Source: an uncultured virus (IMG/VR IMGVR_UViG_3300003815_000003)
Lineage: Duplodnaviria > Heunggongvirae > Uroviricota > Caudoviricetes
IMG/VR virus record: IMGVR_UViG_3300003815_000003
Direction: 5' to 3' (one strand)
DNA: 20,000 bases
Shown here: piece after piece, positions 1 through 8,482 of the stretch
How positions within the stretch are numbered: position 1 is the first letter of the stretch
Layout of the letters: each line of letters opens with the position of its first letter
Program-made: the position numbers and the translations under genes
The notes under the pieces: generated by a model
Database searches by the model: none
What the model saw: the letters and a program-made list of their open reading frames with translations, nothing else
Told to the model about the DNA's origin: nothing

Positions 1-1156
1 TTATTATCTAAGTACCAACGGTTTCGTGGAAGTTTGGCGAAAAGATGGTTCATATTTTGAAGCACATGGAAACAATATTAAATCCTCATTAGGTTTTTAT
101 TGTGTACATAATCGGAAATGGTATTATGCTCCTGAATTCACCCGAATTTTCGATGCTATATCCGATGAATGTTATTGTTTGGAAGAATGTGAAGATATTT
201 TATATCATTGGTCAAATGACAAATATTCCATAACCCAAGAAAGCCTAAGCCATAAAGATATTTCTTCCTTTAGAAAAATTAAGGTATATCATTCTTCTAG
301 TCGTCCTAAATGGTGGAAAGAAAAACAAGGTATTGGTATGGAATTGGAAATGTATTCAACCCATAGAGAAGGATTTATTAAAACTATTCCTGAAGATATT
401 CTGGCAGAAACAGATGGTTCTCTTTGTTATAACTATGGAGTAGAACTTATTGGTGGTCCTTATACTCTTGAAGAATATCAATCAGGTAAAACTCCTTGGC
501 AGACCGTTCTTTCTAACGAAAATAAAAAGAAATTTGATTTACAAGGATTTGATAATGAGGATACTTCCTCTAATCAATACGGAATCCATTTAAGTATTTC
601 CCGTGAATTATTTACATCTTTACATGCTGCCAAATTTATTATTTGGTTTAACCAACAATCTAATTTGGTTAAGCTTGTTGCACAAAGAACAAAAATTTAT
701 GAAGGAAAATATGGCACTTACCCTGATATTAAATCAATTGTAACTGATACTGTTGATATTGATTCTTATGATGTCAAAGAACGAGCCTTTCTAAAAAGAA
801 AAAAGAACATTAAAACGAAGAAATACGAACCTGTTTCAATTGATGCAAAACGTCTAGAAGTACGTGTTTTTGCCAGTAATATTAAATGGACACGCATTCT
901 TAAGAACATTGAATTTGTTCAAGCCGCATTTGACTTCACTCGAAATTGTAGTATAAGTGTAATCGCACCACCAGAAGGAACTACACAGTTTCTTACTTGG
1001 CTTAATCAACAAGCTAATTTCTATCATCTTAAAGCCTTTCTATCTGAAATGAAAAGTTATAAACTAATCGAAACTTTCGGAGACGAATCAATTGAAACAG
1101 AAAAGTTGTTGGAAAATCATCTATTCACGCTTAAATCATCCTCAAAAAAGCAATAA
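1..1156 (+). CDS. Putative amidoligase (glutamine-synthetase-fold COOH-NH2 ligase, Amidoligase_2-like), copy 1; probably 5'-truncated by the window edge
   Basis: Motifs GMELE, ETDGSL, GVELIGGP, GIHLSISR, LEVRVF match the family's catalytic pattern. The frame is open from position 2 to the GTG at 26. Directly followed by a class II GATase. Confidence 0.8.
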   Translation, partial: YYLSTNGFVEVWRKDGSYFEAHGNNIKSSLGFYCVHNRKWYYAPEFTRIFDAISDECYCLEECEDILYHWSNDKYSITQESLSHKDISSFRKIKVYHSSSRPKWWKEKQGIGMELEMYSTHREGFIKTIPEDILAETDGSLCYNYGVELIGGPYTLEEYQSGKTPWQTVLSNENKKKFDLQGFDNEDTSSNQYGIHLSISRELFTSLHAAKFIIWFNQQSNLVKLVAQRTKIYEGKYGTYPDIKSIVTDTVDIDSYDVKERAFLKRKKNIKTKKYEPVSIDAKRLEVRVFASNIKWTRILKNIEFVQAAFDFTRNCSISVIAPPEGTTQFLTWLNQQANFYHLKAFLSEMKSYKLIETFGDESIETEKLLENHLFTLKSSSKKQ

Positions 1157-1162
1157 ACTAAA

Positions 1163-2014
1163 ATGTGTCTATTAATTTTTAAACCAGCAGGAAAGTTAGT
1201 TCCTAATATTTTCCTTGAGAATGCAGCAGATCGTAATCCCCATGGATGTGGAATTGCATTTGCTCAAAATAATAAAATTGTAGTAGAGAAATCGGCCAAA
1301 TGGGGAGCAACAGAAATCGCCAAAGTATTAGAAGATAATCATGAATATCCTGCAATTATTCATTTCCGCTATGCTACTCATGGTTCACAAACTAAAGATA
1401 ACACTCATCCTTTTATTCTAAATGAAAGTTGGGTTGCTGCTCATAATGGCATTATTCCTTCTGTCCAAACTAAAGGTGATGAAAGTGATACCAGAGCATT
1501 CCTTCGACAACGTGTTATTCCTTTGCTCAAAAATAATGTAAGATTAGATGATAATGCTATTCTTGCACAGTTGGGGAAAGCCATGGGACAAACTAATAAA
1601 ATGGCATTCCTTGCTGCCGATGGAAGTTTTGGAATTGCTAACGAGAAAAGTGGTCATTGGAAAGATGGCGTTTGGTATAGTAATCATTCTTACGAAGAAT
1701 ATGTTTATCAAGTTCCTCGTTCCCCTGGATTTGGTTATAGCAACAAATATAAACACCAGACAGGATTTTATTCAGGTCGGGATGATTATTTTTCTGGTTC
1801 AAGTCGGTCTAGTATGTATGAAGATCAATATTATCCAGAAGAAGAATTAGAAAACATTTACACGAAGAAAAAACCTGATGATGATGAAGTGTGGCATCAT
1901 ATTGATTTGCATGCATTATCTTGTGATAGTTGTGGGCAGAATATCAAGGATGAATTTCGTCTAGAAGGACATTCAGGATTAATGTATTGCTTTGATTGTT
2001 ATAATAAGATTTAA
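1163..2014 (+). CDS. Class II (Ntn) glutamine amidotransferase with C-terminal CxxC...CxxC Zn ribbon, copy 1
   Basis: N-terminal M-C nucleophile, NPHGCG, HFRYATHG, NTHPF, HNG, SDT; C-terminal CDSC...CFDC. Confidence 0.9.
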   Translation: MCLLIFKPAGKLVPNIFLENAADRNPHGCGIAFAQNNKIVVEKSAKWGATEIAKVLEDNHEYPAIIHFRYATHGSQTKDNTHPFILNESWVAAHNGIIPSVQTKGDESDTRAFLRQRVIPLLKNNVRLDDNAILAQLGKAMGQTNKMAFLAADGSFGIANEKSGHWKDGVWYSNHSYEEYVYQVPRSPGFGYSNKYKHQTGFYSGRDDYFSGSSRSSMYEDQYYPEEELENIYTKKKPDDDEVWHHIDLHALSCDSCGQNIKDEFRLEGHSGLMYCFDCYNKI

Positions 2015-2027
2015 TTAATTTTCAATA

Positions 2028-3473
2028 ATGAATACTCTTGAGATATTACAAAATAGATTGCTTGCTCAAAAGCAAAGGGTTAAAGTTAAAAAGACTTTAA
2101 CAGTTAAACGAGCAGAAGAGATTGCTAATAATAGGTTAGGCGGTTCATGGGCAGTTGCAAGAGATACCCGCCGACTTGGACAAACTTGTACTCTAATCAA
2201 AGATATTTATGGGAAATATTATGAAACCTATTCCTTGCTTAAACTGGTAAGAAGGTCAGTTAGAGGAAATGCTGATGCATATTTCCCTCTTAAACAATTT
2301 CAATTAGGAAAATGTCCTGAAATTTACCGTTGTGAATTGACACAAGAATATATTCATTCTGCTTATATTTCTCCTAAAGATGTATTTGATAATCGCAATA
2401 TTTGTATCACTGTTGCATATGATTATTGTTTTTATAAGAATTATATTTTTGTATGGCCTGATGGTACTACCAGAACGTATGCTCCGCCACAAGCCCGACA
2501 AGTTCAACGTTATCATGGTTCTTATCGTCCTATTTGGTGGAACAAAAAGAAAGGTATGGGAATGGAACTAGAAATTGATATTAATGATAAATCACGGTTT
2601 GCTCAGAATTTATCTGATGATATTCTTATTGAAAATGATGGATCATTAGGAGTAAAAGGGGTAGAACTTATTGGTGGTCCTTATACTCTTGACGAGTACC
2701 AAGATAGTAAAACTCCTTGGAATGAAGTATTAGAACAGATTAAAGAGATTGGAGGAGCAGGACATATTGCTGGAGAATTTTACGGAATTCATATTTCCGT
2801 TTCCCGTTCCTTATTCACATCTTTTCATGGAGCAAAATTTGTTTGTTTCTTTAATCAACAAGCAGAATTGTGCCAACTAATCGGACAACGTAAGCAGTTG
2901 TATGGTTGTGGCGATAAAAGCGGTTATCATAATCGAACAAAAATTAAAGAAGTAGTTTATTATAATCCACAAGATGCCAGCAAACATATTCATTATCGCG
3001 ATAATGAAGGACGTATTATACAGAGTGATCCTGTTCTTTGTTATGGTGGAACATATATTAATTCCGAAACCAAACAAGAAAGACACGTTCAAGGTATTTA
3101 TACTAATATTGAAACAGGAAAATATGAACCTGTTAAAGTAGATGAAAATCGTTATGAAGTGCGTATTTTCCGTTCTAATCTTCGATGGGAACGTATTCTA
3201 AAAAATATTCAATTTGTTGATGCCGTTCGGGTTTACACTCTTCATGCTTCTGCATCTTCAGTATGTGCTCCTTATCAAGGAACCGCAGATTTCTTATTCT
3301 GGTTAGGTAAACAACAAGGTTATACGGCATTAAAGAAGTTCCTGGTTGACAATGCCAAGAATTTCCCCGATAATAATGCTAACTTCCGTGTCAGTGACAA
3401 ATGCAAAGACTTTGCTCAATTAGTATCTTTTAAACTCAATAAATCCCAACAAGTAACCATTTCCGATCTATAA
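2028..3473 (+). CDS. Putative amidoligase (COOH-NH2 ligase), copy 2
   Basis: GMELE, ENDGSL, GVELIGGPYTL, GIHISVSRSLFTS, KYEPV, YEVRIF; clear paralog of 1-1156. Confidence 0.8.
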   Translation: MNTLEILQNRLLAQKQRVKVKKTLTVKRAEEIANNRLGGSWAVARDTRRLGQTCTLIKDIYGKYYETYSLLKLVRRSVRGNADAYFPLKQFQLGKCPEIYRCELTQEYIHSAYISPKDVFDNRNICITVAYDYCFYKNYIFVWPDGTTRTYAPPQARQVQRYHGSYRPIWWNKKKGMGMELEIDINDKSRFAQNLSDDILIENDGSLGVKGVELIGGPYTLDEYQDSKTPWNEVLEQIKEIGGAGHIAGEFYGIHISVSRSLFTSFHGAKFVCFFNQQAELCQLIGQRKQLYGCGDKSGYHNRTKIKEVVYYNPQDASKHIHYRDNEGRIIQSDPVLCYGGTYINSETKQERHVQGIYTNIETGKYEPVKVDENRYEVRIFRSNLRWERILKNIQFVDAVRVYTLHASASSVCAPYQGTADFLFWLGKQQGYTALKKFLVDNAKNFPDNNANFRVSDKCKDFAQLVSFKLNKSQQVTISDL

Positions 3474-3478
3474 TTTTT

Positions 3479-4447
3479 ATGTGCCTTCTTATTTTTAAAC
3501 CAGCAGGATTAAGTGTTCCTGAAAATCATTTAATTGCAGCAGCAAACGGTAATCCGCATGGAAGTGGAATTGCAATTGCTACGGGAAATGAAATTATTAT
3601 TCATAAAGACCCTGCATGGCGAGCCAAGGAAATCACTGAAATTCTTAAACAGAATGAACAATATCCGGCAATTATTCATTTTCGTTTTGCTACTCATGGA
3701 AGTAAAACCGTTGCCAATACTCATCCTTTTATTCTTAATAATGATTGGGTAGCTGCTCATAATGGGGTAATTAGTATTTCTACTGAACCAGATGAAAGTG
3801 ATACAAGGGCATTTCTTCGTAAGAATGTTATCCCCATTATTGAAAATGGTTATACATTAACAGATAAAGAAATTCTGGCTATTCTTTCCGAAGAAATGGG
3901 AAAATCTAATAAGATGACTTTCCTTCATAAGAATGGTGAATATGGGATTGCTAATGAAGCCAGCGGACATTGGAAAGACGGTGTATGGTATAGTAATCAT
4001 GGTTACATGCATACTTGCCATTATGGTGATTGGGAAGATGATGATATGGATTGGTCATATCATGGAGCATATCAGAATCATAACACTCAATACTTTGATT
4101 ATCGGACTAAAGCGCCCAAAGCGCCTGTTCCTCCTCGTTTTAGCGCATTTGGAAAGGTGATTGAAGATGACGATAGCGGAAGTCGTTATGATGCGGAATA
4201 TGACAACAGGAATGCATTAATGGTGCTTCCTGATAAAGTTAACCAATATAATGAAAAATGGCATATCATGGATACATTGAATACGGTTTGTGATTCTTGC
4301 CATCAGGAGATTTGGGGAAAATATGCATATGAATCTACGGAAGAATTATATGTTTGTGAAGAATGTTGTAAATTTCTTCCCGCATCATTAGGTATTCCTC
4401 GAAGCATGCGAATGGTTGATACCGTAGAAGTAGAAGTAGAACAATAA
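3479..4447 (+). CDS. Class II glutamine amidotransferase with C-terminal Zn ribbon, copy 2
   Basis: MCLLIFKPAG, HFRFATHG, NTHPF, HNG, ESDTRAFLR; C-terminal CDSC...CEEC; paralog of 1163-2014. Confidence 0.9.
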   Translation: MCLLIFKPAGLSVPENHLIAAANGNPHGSGIAIATGNEIIIHKDPAWRAKEITEILKQNEQYPAIIHFRFATHGSKTVANTHPFILNNDWVAAHNGVISISTEPDESDTRAFLRKNVIPIIENGYTLTDKEILAILSEEMGKSNKMTFLHKNGEYGIANEASGHWKDGVWYSNHGYMHTCHYGDWEDDDMDWSYHGAYQNHNTQYFDYRTKAPKAPVPPRFSAFGKVIEDDDSGSRYDAEYDNRNALMVLPDKVNQYNEKWHIMDTLNTVCDSCHQEIWGKYAYESTEELYVCEECCKFLPASLGIPRSMRMVDTVEVEVEQ

Positions 4448-4451
4448 AGAA

Positions 4452-4480
4452 TTGACAAAGTAACCAACGTAAAGTATCAT
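4452..4480 (+). promoter_or_regulatory. Sigma70-like promoter
   Basis: TTGACA-17bp-TATCAT, intergenic, 7 nt before ATG 4488. Confidence 0.75.
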
Positions 4481-4487
4481 AAAACAT

Positions 4488-4709
4488 ATGAATAGACAGA
4501 CAAAGCTAGGTAAGAATACAAAGCCACAATTTTGCGTCCGTAATGGTGGAGCAAATCCGATTCTTTCCCCTGTTCAACATGGGAAATTTGCCTTTCAAGA
4601 CCCTGTAAAGGCGATTCAACGCAAGAAAGCAGAAGGAAATAATTCTTGGCGAGTGACGGGCAGGCATCCTAATGCAAACACGAATAAGAACACTAATCGT
4701 AACAAGTAA
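4488..4709 (+). CDS. Small basic hypothetical protein (73 aa)
   Basis: ORF directly after a promoter; K/R/N-rich. Confidence 0.7.
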   Translation: MNRQTKLGKNTKPQFCVRNGGANPILSPVQHGKFAFQDPVKAIQRKKAEGNNSWRVTGRHPNANTNKNTNRNK

Positions 4710-4721
4710 TTATTTTTCTTT

Positions 4722-5468
4722 ATGAAAAAAGAATTTGATAATTGTATAGCTATTTTACAAGAACCTAACTCTTGTAAGAGTGTTGCAACTCCTTGGAAAA
4801 ATATTCCGGTTTTGCGAGAAATGCGGCGAACGGAAAATCGTTTTAAAAAGGCGAAAATTATTCGTAAAGATAAATCTGTTATTTTTGGTCCAGATTTAAT
4901 TGATTATCATTTGGGAGCAACTGAAACTTTTCCATTTGATTATTTTTCCGATATGCGGTTTTATAAGTTTTATGAAAATCAAAAGAGAATTATCACTAAA
5001 TGGTTTAATAGTATTGATTTAGAAGTTTATAGTTTATGTACTACTGCTTCGGGAATTACTATTCATGATGTGGTTCCTTGTATTATTCCTTCTTGGTTTT
5101 TGGAGTTCGTTGGAAAGGAATTTCCTGTGGTGGATATGACTTATTATGGTTCTGAATATAGTTTTATTCGTAAAATTCAGCGGGATTATTATGATTATTT
5201 CAGTGAAATGAAAGTTGTGCAAGATTTCTTTTATACCAGATTTGAAGCAAGTTTAAAGGGAACACTTGAGCCTGATATTATTCAAGACCTAAAAGCGTTA
5301 CATAAACGTTTCGCAGAAAATAACACTAAGAAAAAGAATTCCATTAAAACATATGATATTGATTGGTCTAACTTTTCAGATACATTAAAATCTTATAATG
5401 GAAACGGTTATTATACCGTATCTGGGGGGATGAACATGTGGAACAATGTTACAGATGGAAGATTTTAA
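4722..5468 (+). CDS. Hypothetical protein (248 aa)
   Basis: Long ORF in tight operon packing; no motif recognised. Confidence 0.75.
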   Translation: MKKEFDNCIAILQEPNSCKSVATPWKNIPVLREMRRTENRFKKAKIIRKDKSVIFGPDLIDYHLGATETFPFDYFSDMRFYKFYENQKRIITKWFNSIDLEVYSLCTTASGITIHDVVPCIIPSWFLEFVGKEFPVVDMTYYGSEYSFIRKIQRDYYDYFSEMKVVQDFFYTRFEASLKGTLEPDIIQDLKALHKRFAENNTKKKNSIKTYDIDWSNFSDTLKSYNGNGYYTVSGGMNMWNNVTDGRF

Positions 5469-5477
5469 TTCTTTTTT

Positions 5478-5744
5478 ATGGAATCTTTAAAAGCATTTCT
5501 TTGGACTTCTGGAACATCCAGAATTAAAGATAGTCGAATTTCTAAAACGATTCGCGGTAAGCGTTGTTTGGTGTGGATTACTCATAAGAATACTCCTAGT
5601 TCAAGGTGTGATTTTTGGGATAATATGGGAAAGATTCATAAGGATTTGACTTTTGGAAATCTTCAAAGATTGGGCCGAATTGTGTTAGAAAATGGTGATG
5701 CCCGTGAAACCTATTCCGTTATTTTTGAACTTAAAAAGAAATAA
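5478..5744 (+). CDS. Hypothetical protein
   Basis: ORF, tight packing. Confidence 0.65.
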   Translation: MESLKAFLWTSGTSRIKDSRISKTIRGKRCLVWITHKNTPSSRCDFWDNMGKIHKDLTFGNLQRLGRIVLENGDARETYSVIFELKKK

Positions 5745-5752
5745 AAAAATAT

Positions 5753-6016
5753 ATGAGTCATTATCATGCAGATGCCATAGAAGAGAAAACCGATAATCGT
5801 CTTAGTAATTTTTATCATCAATTATTTTTGGACGCAACTAAAAGATATGGTCATATCAAAGCTATAATAGATAACAAAGGTGAAAAAGAAGTTTATCCTC
5901 GATTTGCTATTATTGCAGAAGTTATTGATTCACAAAGGATTTTTCAAAAATCTGTTGACAGATCACGATATTACTATTATTATGTATTAAATGCTATCGA
6001 ACAACTCCTAAATTGA
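5753..6016 (+). CDS. Hypothetical protein
   Basis: ORF, tight packing. Confidence 0.6.
   Translation: MSHYHADAIEEKTDNRLSNFYHQLFLDATKRYGHIKAIIDNKGEKEVYPRFAIIAEVIDSQRIFQKSVDRSRYYYYYVLNAIEQLLN
5955..5983 (+). promoter_or_regulatory. Possible sigma70-like promoter inside the 3' end of the upstream ORF
   Basis: TTGACA-17bp-TATTAT, 34 nt before ATG 6018. Confidence 0.5.
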
Positions 6017-6017
6017 T

Positions 6018-6191
6018 ATGAAATTTCCTGATAATAAACCTTATGAAAAAGGTTGGAATTCTTTTTTCCAATTATTTGACGTGGATCAAAATCCATATAC
6101 TTTTATTCAAGATGAAGTATCGGCATTTGATTGGCAAAAAGGATGGCAAGATGCAGCAGAAGAATCAGATACTTGGAATTACGACTTATGA
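6018..6191 (+). CDS. Ribosome modulation factor (RMF)-like small protein, 57 aa; not in the ORF track
   Basis: Own translation MKFPDNKPYEKGWNSFFQLFDVDQNPYTFIQDEVSAFDWQKGWQDAAEESDTWNYDL has the RMF pattern Y-x-x-G...(C/N)PY...W-x-x-GW-x-x-A. It fills a gap exactly and ends in an ATGA overlap with the next gene. Confidence 0.7.
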   Translation: MKFPDNKPYEKGWNSFFQLFDVDQNPYTFIQDEVSAFDWQKGWQDAAEESDTWNYDL

Positions 6192-6472
6192 ATTATAGTG
6201 CATCCGAAGCATATTCGGCAAAAACCTCCGAATTTCGTTTAAAGCTAATTCATTTCAAAGATATTAAAAAACGTTGGTTCCGTAATCATTATGTTTTGTA
6301 TCAAACATCAGGATGGTTTGGGCATAATTGTTTCACTTTTGAATGCGAACAAGCATTGAAACTTGACAAATATCCTGGTACATGGTATGGACCATTTTGG
6401 ACAAAAGATTTAGCTGACGATTTTGCTCGATTGGTTGAACGTACTCACACTAGTTTTATTCTAGGCGGATAA
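6188..6472 (+). CDS. Hypothetical protein (start revised from 6131 to ATG 6188)
   Basis: ATGA coupling with the RMF-like gene. Confidence 0.65.
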   Translation: MNYSASEAYSAKTSEFRLKLIHFKDIKKRWFRNHYVLYQTSGWFGHNCFTFECEQALKLDKYPGTWYGPFWTKDLADDFARLVERTHTSFILGG

Positions 6473-6483
6473 AAAATATTATA

Positions 6484-6511
6484 TTGACAATACCTTAATA
6501 GGTGATAATGT
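6484..6511 (+). promoter_or_regulatory. Sigma70-like promoter
   Basis: TTGACA-16bp-TAATGT, 5 nt before ATG 6517. Confidence 0.6.
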
Positions 6512-6516
6512 CTTGT

Positions 6517-6909
6517 ATGAATGAATACCGAAAGGAACGATTGATTACTATTGCCAGGAGTTTGTCTCATTTGCGAACAGGGAAATCTTTGCATTTCTCT
6601 TTCATTCTTAATAAGAATCAATTATTGGTAACGAGTGTGAATTCTTATAAGAAATCTCATTTGGAAAAGAGTTTTGGTAGGTATTTTCCTACTAAGAGTA
6701 CAGAGAATAGTAATTATTTTCCTGCATTGCATTCAGAGATTGCAGCAATTAGGGAATACATTAATAAATTTGGTAATAGTAACTTTACTGGCTTGACATT
6801 GTTTAATGTCAGAGTAGGAGTGAATGGCAGTACTATGTTGGCAAAACCATGTGATAATTGTCAAAGAGTTTTGAATAGTTTTTCATTTAAAGAAATAGTT
6901 TATACATAA
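6517..6909 (+). CDS. Zn-dependent cytidine/CMP-dCMP deaminase-fold protein (likely start ATG 6517)
   Basis: HSE (HxE) and AKPCDNC (PCxxC) Zn/catalytic motifs; C-terminal EIVYT. Confidence 0.85.
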   Translation: MNEYRKERLITIARSLSHLRTGKSLHFSFILNKNQLLVTSVNSYKKSHLEKSFGRYFPTKSTENSNYFPALHSEIAAIREYINKFGNSNFTGLTLFNVRVGVNGSTMLAKPCDNCQRVLNSFSFKEIVYT

Positions 6910-6914
6910 AAAAT

Positions 6915-7481
6915 ATGAATGTTATTATTCCTGATGGTTGGTATCAAGTTCCTTTAAATGAACCTGTTTATTATTATGATTTAGAATGGGAACATAATGA
7001 TACCGGATGGGTGCCTGTTAAGAAATACGGTGATTTCTGTAAAAGAAACCGAAAGAAATATGTCATTCGTCAAGAGAATGTTCAAGAAGATTTGATGATG
7101 GCATTAAGGCATTTCCCTAATGCTAGTTATTCAATGGAAACTAGATATAATGACAAAGCATTTTTCATGGCATATATTCTTTTTCTTGCAGGTGTTCAAG
7201 AAATGAACATTGATATTGGTTTTATTGGAGGACGTAGAGAAATAGCAAGTATTCTTTTTAGAGATAATTCTTTAACAATGAAACCGTATATTGAATTACC
7301 TTCTACTAATGGAACTAATATTTTTTATTTTCTTTTACAGAAATTACATATTCCTTATAGTGGTGGAGCAAGTACTGATAAAGATTTTATGCAAGCCTCT
7401 TGGCATAACAGCGAAAGCTTTATTAGTAAACTTATCGTATATTTTAATGCTATTAAGAAAGAATTTCGTGATGGAAAATGA
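6915..7481 (+). CDS. Hypothetical protein
   Basis: 188-aa ORF, tight packing. Confidence 0.7.
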   Translation: MNVIIPDGWYQVPLNEPVYYYDLEWEHNDTGWVPVKKYGDFCKRNRKKYVIRQENVQEDLMMALRHFPNASYSMETRYNDKAFFMAYILFLAGVQEMNIDIGFIGGRREIASILFRDNSLTMKPYIELPSTNGTNIFYFLLQKLHIPYSGGASTDKDFMQASWHNSESFISKLIVYFNAIKKEFRDGK

Positions 7482-7485
7482 TGCA

Positions 7486-7514
7486 TTGACAATGAATAAT
7501 AAATAAGGTATCAT
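7486..7514 (+). promoter_or_regulatory. Sigma70-like promoter
   Basis: TTGACA-17bp-TATCAT, 5 nt before ATG 7520. Confidence 0.75.
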
Positions 7515-7519
7515 TCCTT

Positions 7520-7648
7520 ATGAAATTATTCACCATCAAAATTAAGCCACGAAAGAAGCGAGAAAGATTTGCTCCTGTTACTAAACAAGAAACGAATCGA
7601 AAAGCCTATAATCGAAAACAGAAACATCATAAAAAAGATGAAAGCTAA
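7520..7648 (+). CDS. Very basic 42-aa peptide with an ArfA-like C-terminal motif; not in the ORF track
   Basis: Own translation MKLFTIKIKPRKKRERFAPVTKQETNRKAYNRKQKHHKKDES. YNRKQKH resembles the ArfA SYxRKxKH motif. Sits directly behind a consensus promoter. Confidence 0.55.
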   Translation: MKLFTIKIKPRKKRERFAPVTKQETNRKAYNRKQKHHKKDES

Positions 7649-7883
7649 AATTCTCCAATACGGTTTCACAGAAGTTAAAGAAACTGAAAACAGTTTAAAG
7701 ATTTCTCATAATGGAAATATGGGAAATAGTATTAAAGATTCCGTTGATCCTAATTTGAAGCAATTGGGATATGGTTCTATCAAGTATCTTAAGAAACTGT
7801 ATCGGAAATTCAAAGAAGAAGGAAGTCCTGATTATGCTTATTCGATTGTTTTTGATAAAAATATTAGACAAAAATTTGATTAA
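7638..7883 (+). CDS. Hypothetical protein (start revised to ATG 7638)
   Basis: ATG overlapping the end of 7520-7648. Confidence 0.6.
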   Translation: MKAKILQYGFTEVKETENSLKISHNGNMGNSIKDSVDPNLKQLGYGSIKYLKKLYRKFKEEGSPDYAYSIVFDKNIRQKFD

Positions 7884-7886
7884 GTT

Positions 7887-8069
7887 ATGAAAATTCTAGG
7901 AAAATATGTCACTGCTCAAGTTTTTGGACAAAATTATCCTCTTCAAGGTTGGGTGATTCAAGAAAATCCCTTAATTATTAAACATTCGGATGGAACACAA
8001 ACCAGATGTACGGGAAAACCGACAATAGTTATTAATCCTCCTAGATTACCTAATAATTTATTGAAATGA
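7887..8069 (+). CDS. Hypothetical protein
   Basis: ORF, tight packing. Confidence 0.6.
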   Translation: MKILGKYVTAQVFGQNYPLQGWVIQENPLIIKHSDGTQTRCTGKPTIVINPPRLPNNLLK

Positions 8070-8072
8070 ATA

Positions 8073-8237
8073 ATGATTCCTCTTCTTTTTGCAATCGAAT
8101 ACAAAGAAGCAGGAGTTTGGACAGAATATCAATATACCGAAAATCTACTTGACGCATGCCATATTGCGAGTAGATTGACTTGGGAAGTTCGTGAAGAATG
8201 GATACGAATCTTAACACCTGATAATAAAATTTTATGA
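8073..8237 (+). CDS. Hypothetical protein, 54 aa; not in the ORF track
   Basis: MIPLLFAIEYKEAGVWTEYQYTENLLDACHIASRLTWEVREEWIRILTPDNKIL fills the gap and ends in an ATGA overlap with 8234. Confidence 0.6.
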   Translation: MIPLLFAIEYKEAGVWTEYQYTENLLDACHIASRLTWEVREEWIRILTPDNKIL

Positions 8238-8479
8238 TATTGAAAAATAATTATTATGACAATAAAAATGCTGCAATTGATGAAATTTATGCAGCATTAC
8301 CGGAAAATATGCATTCTACTTCCATTATAAGCTTAATTGCTTCGGTTATAGAAGAATCCATTAATCTTGGATATAATGGCGGTTATTCTGATATGGCAGA
8401 CAGAACATCTAATAATATTAGATGCATTGTTTCTCAAGGTAATATGTGTTCTATTACTAAATCTGAAAAAATTCTATGA
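8234..8479 (+). CDS. Hypothetical protein
   Basis: ORF, ATGA-coupled. Confidence 0.6.
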   Translation: MILKNNYYDNKNAAIDEIYAALPENMHSTSIISLIASVIEESINLGYNGGYSDMADRTSNNIRCIVSQGNMCSITKSEKIL

Positions 8480-8482
8480 AAG

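Noticed and set aside
4108..4126. Short tandem repeat AAAGCGCC encoding KAPKAP
   Set aside because: Two copies in a low-complexity linker; not distinguishable from chance slippage.
6363..6391. Intragenic TTGACA as a promoter
   Set aside because: The best -10 at 17 bp is TATGGA, which lacks the conserved final T, and no start follows.
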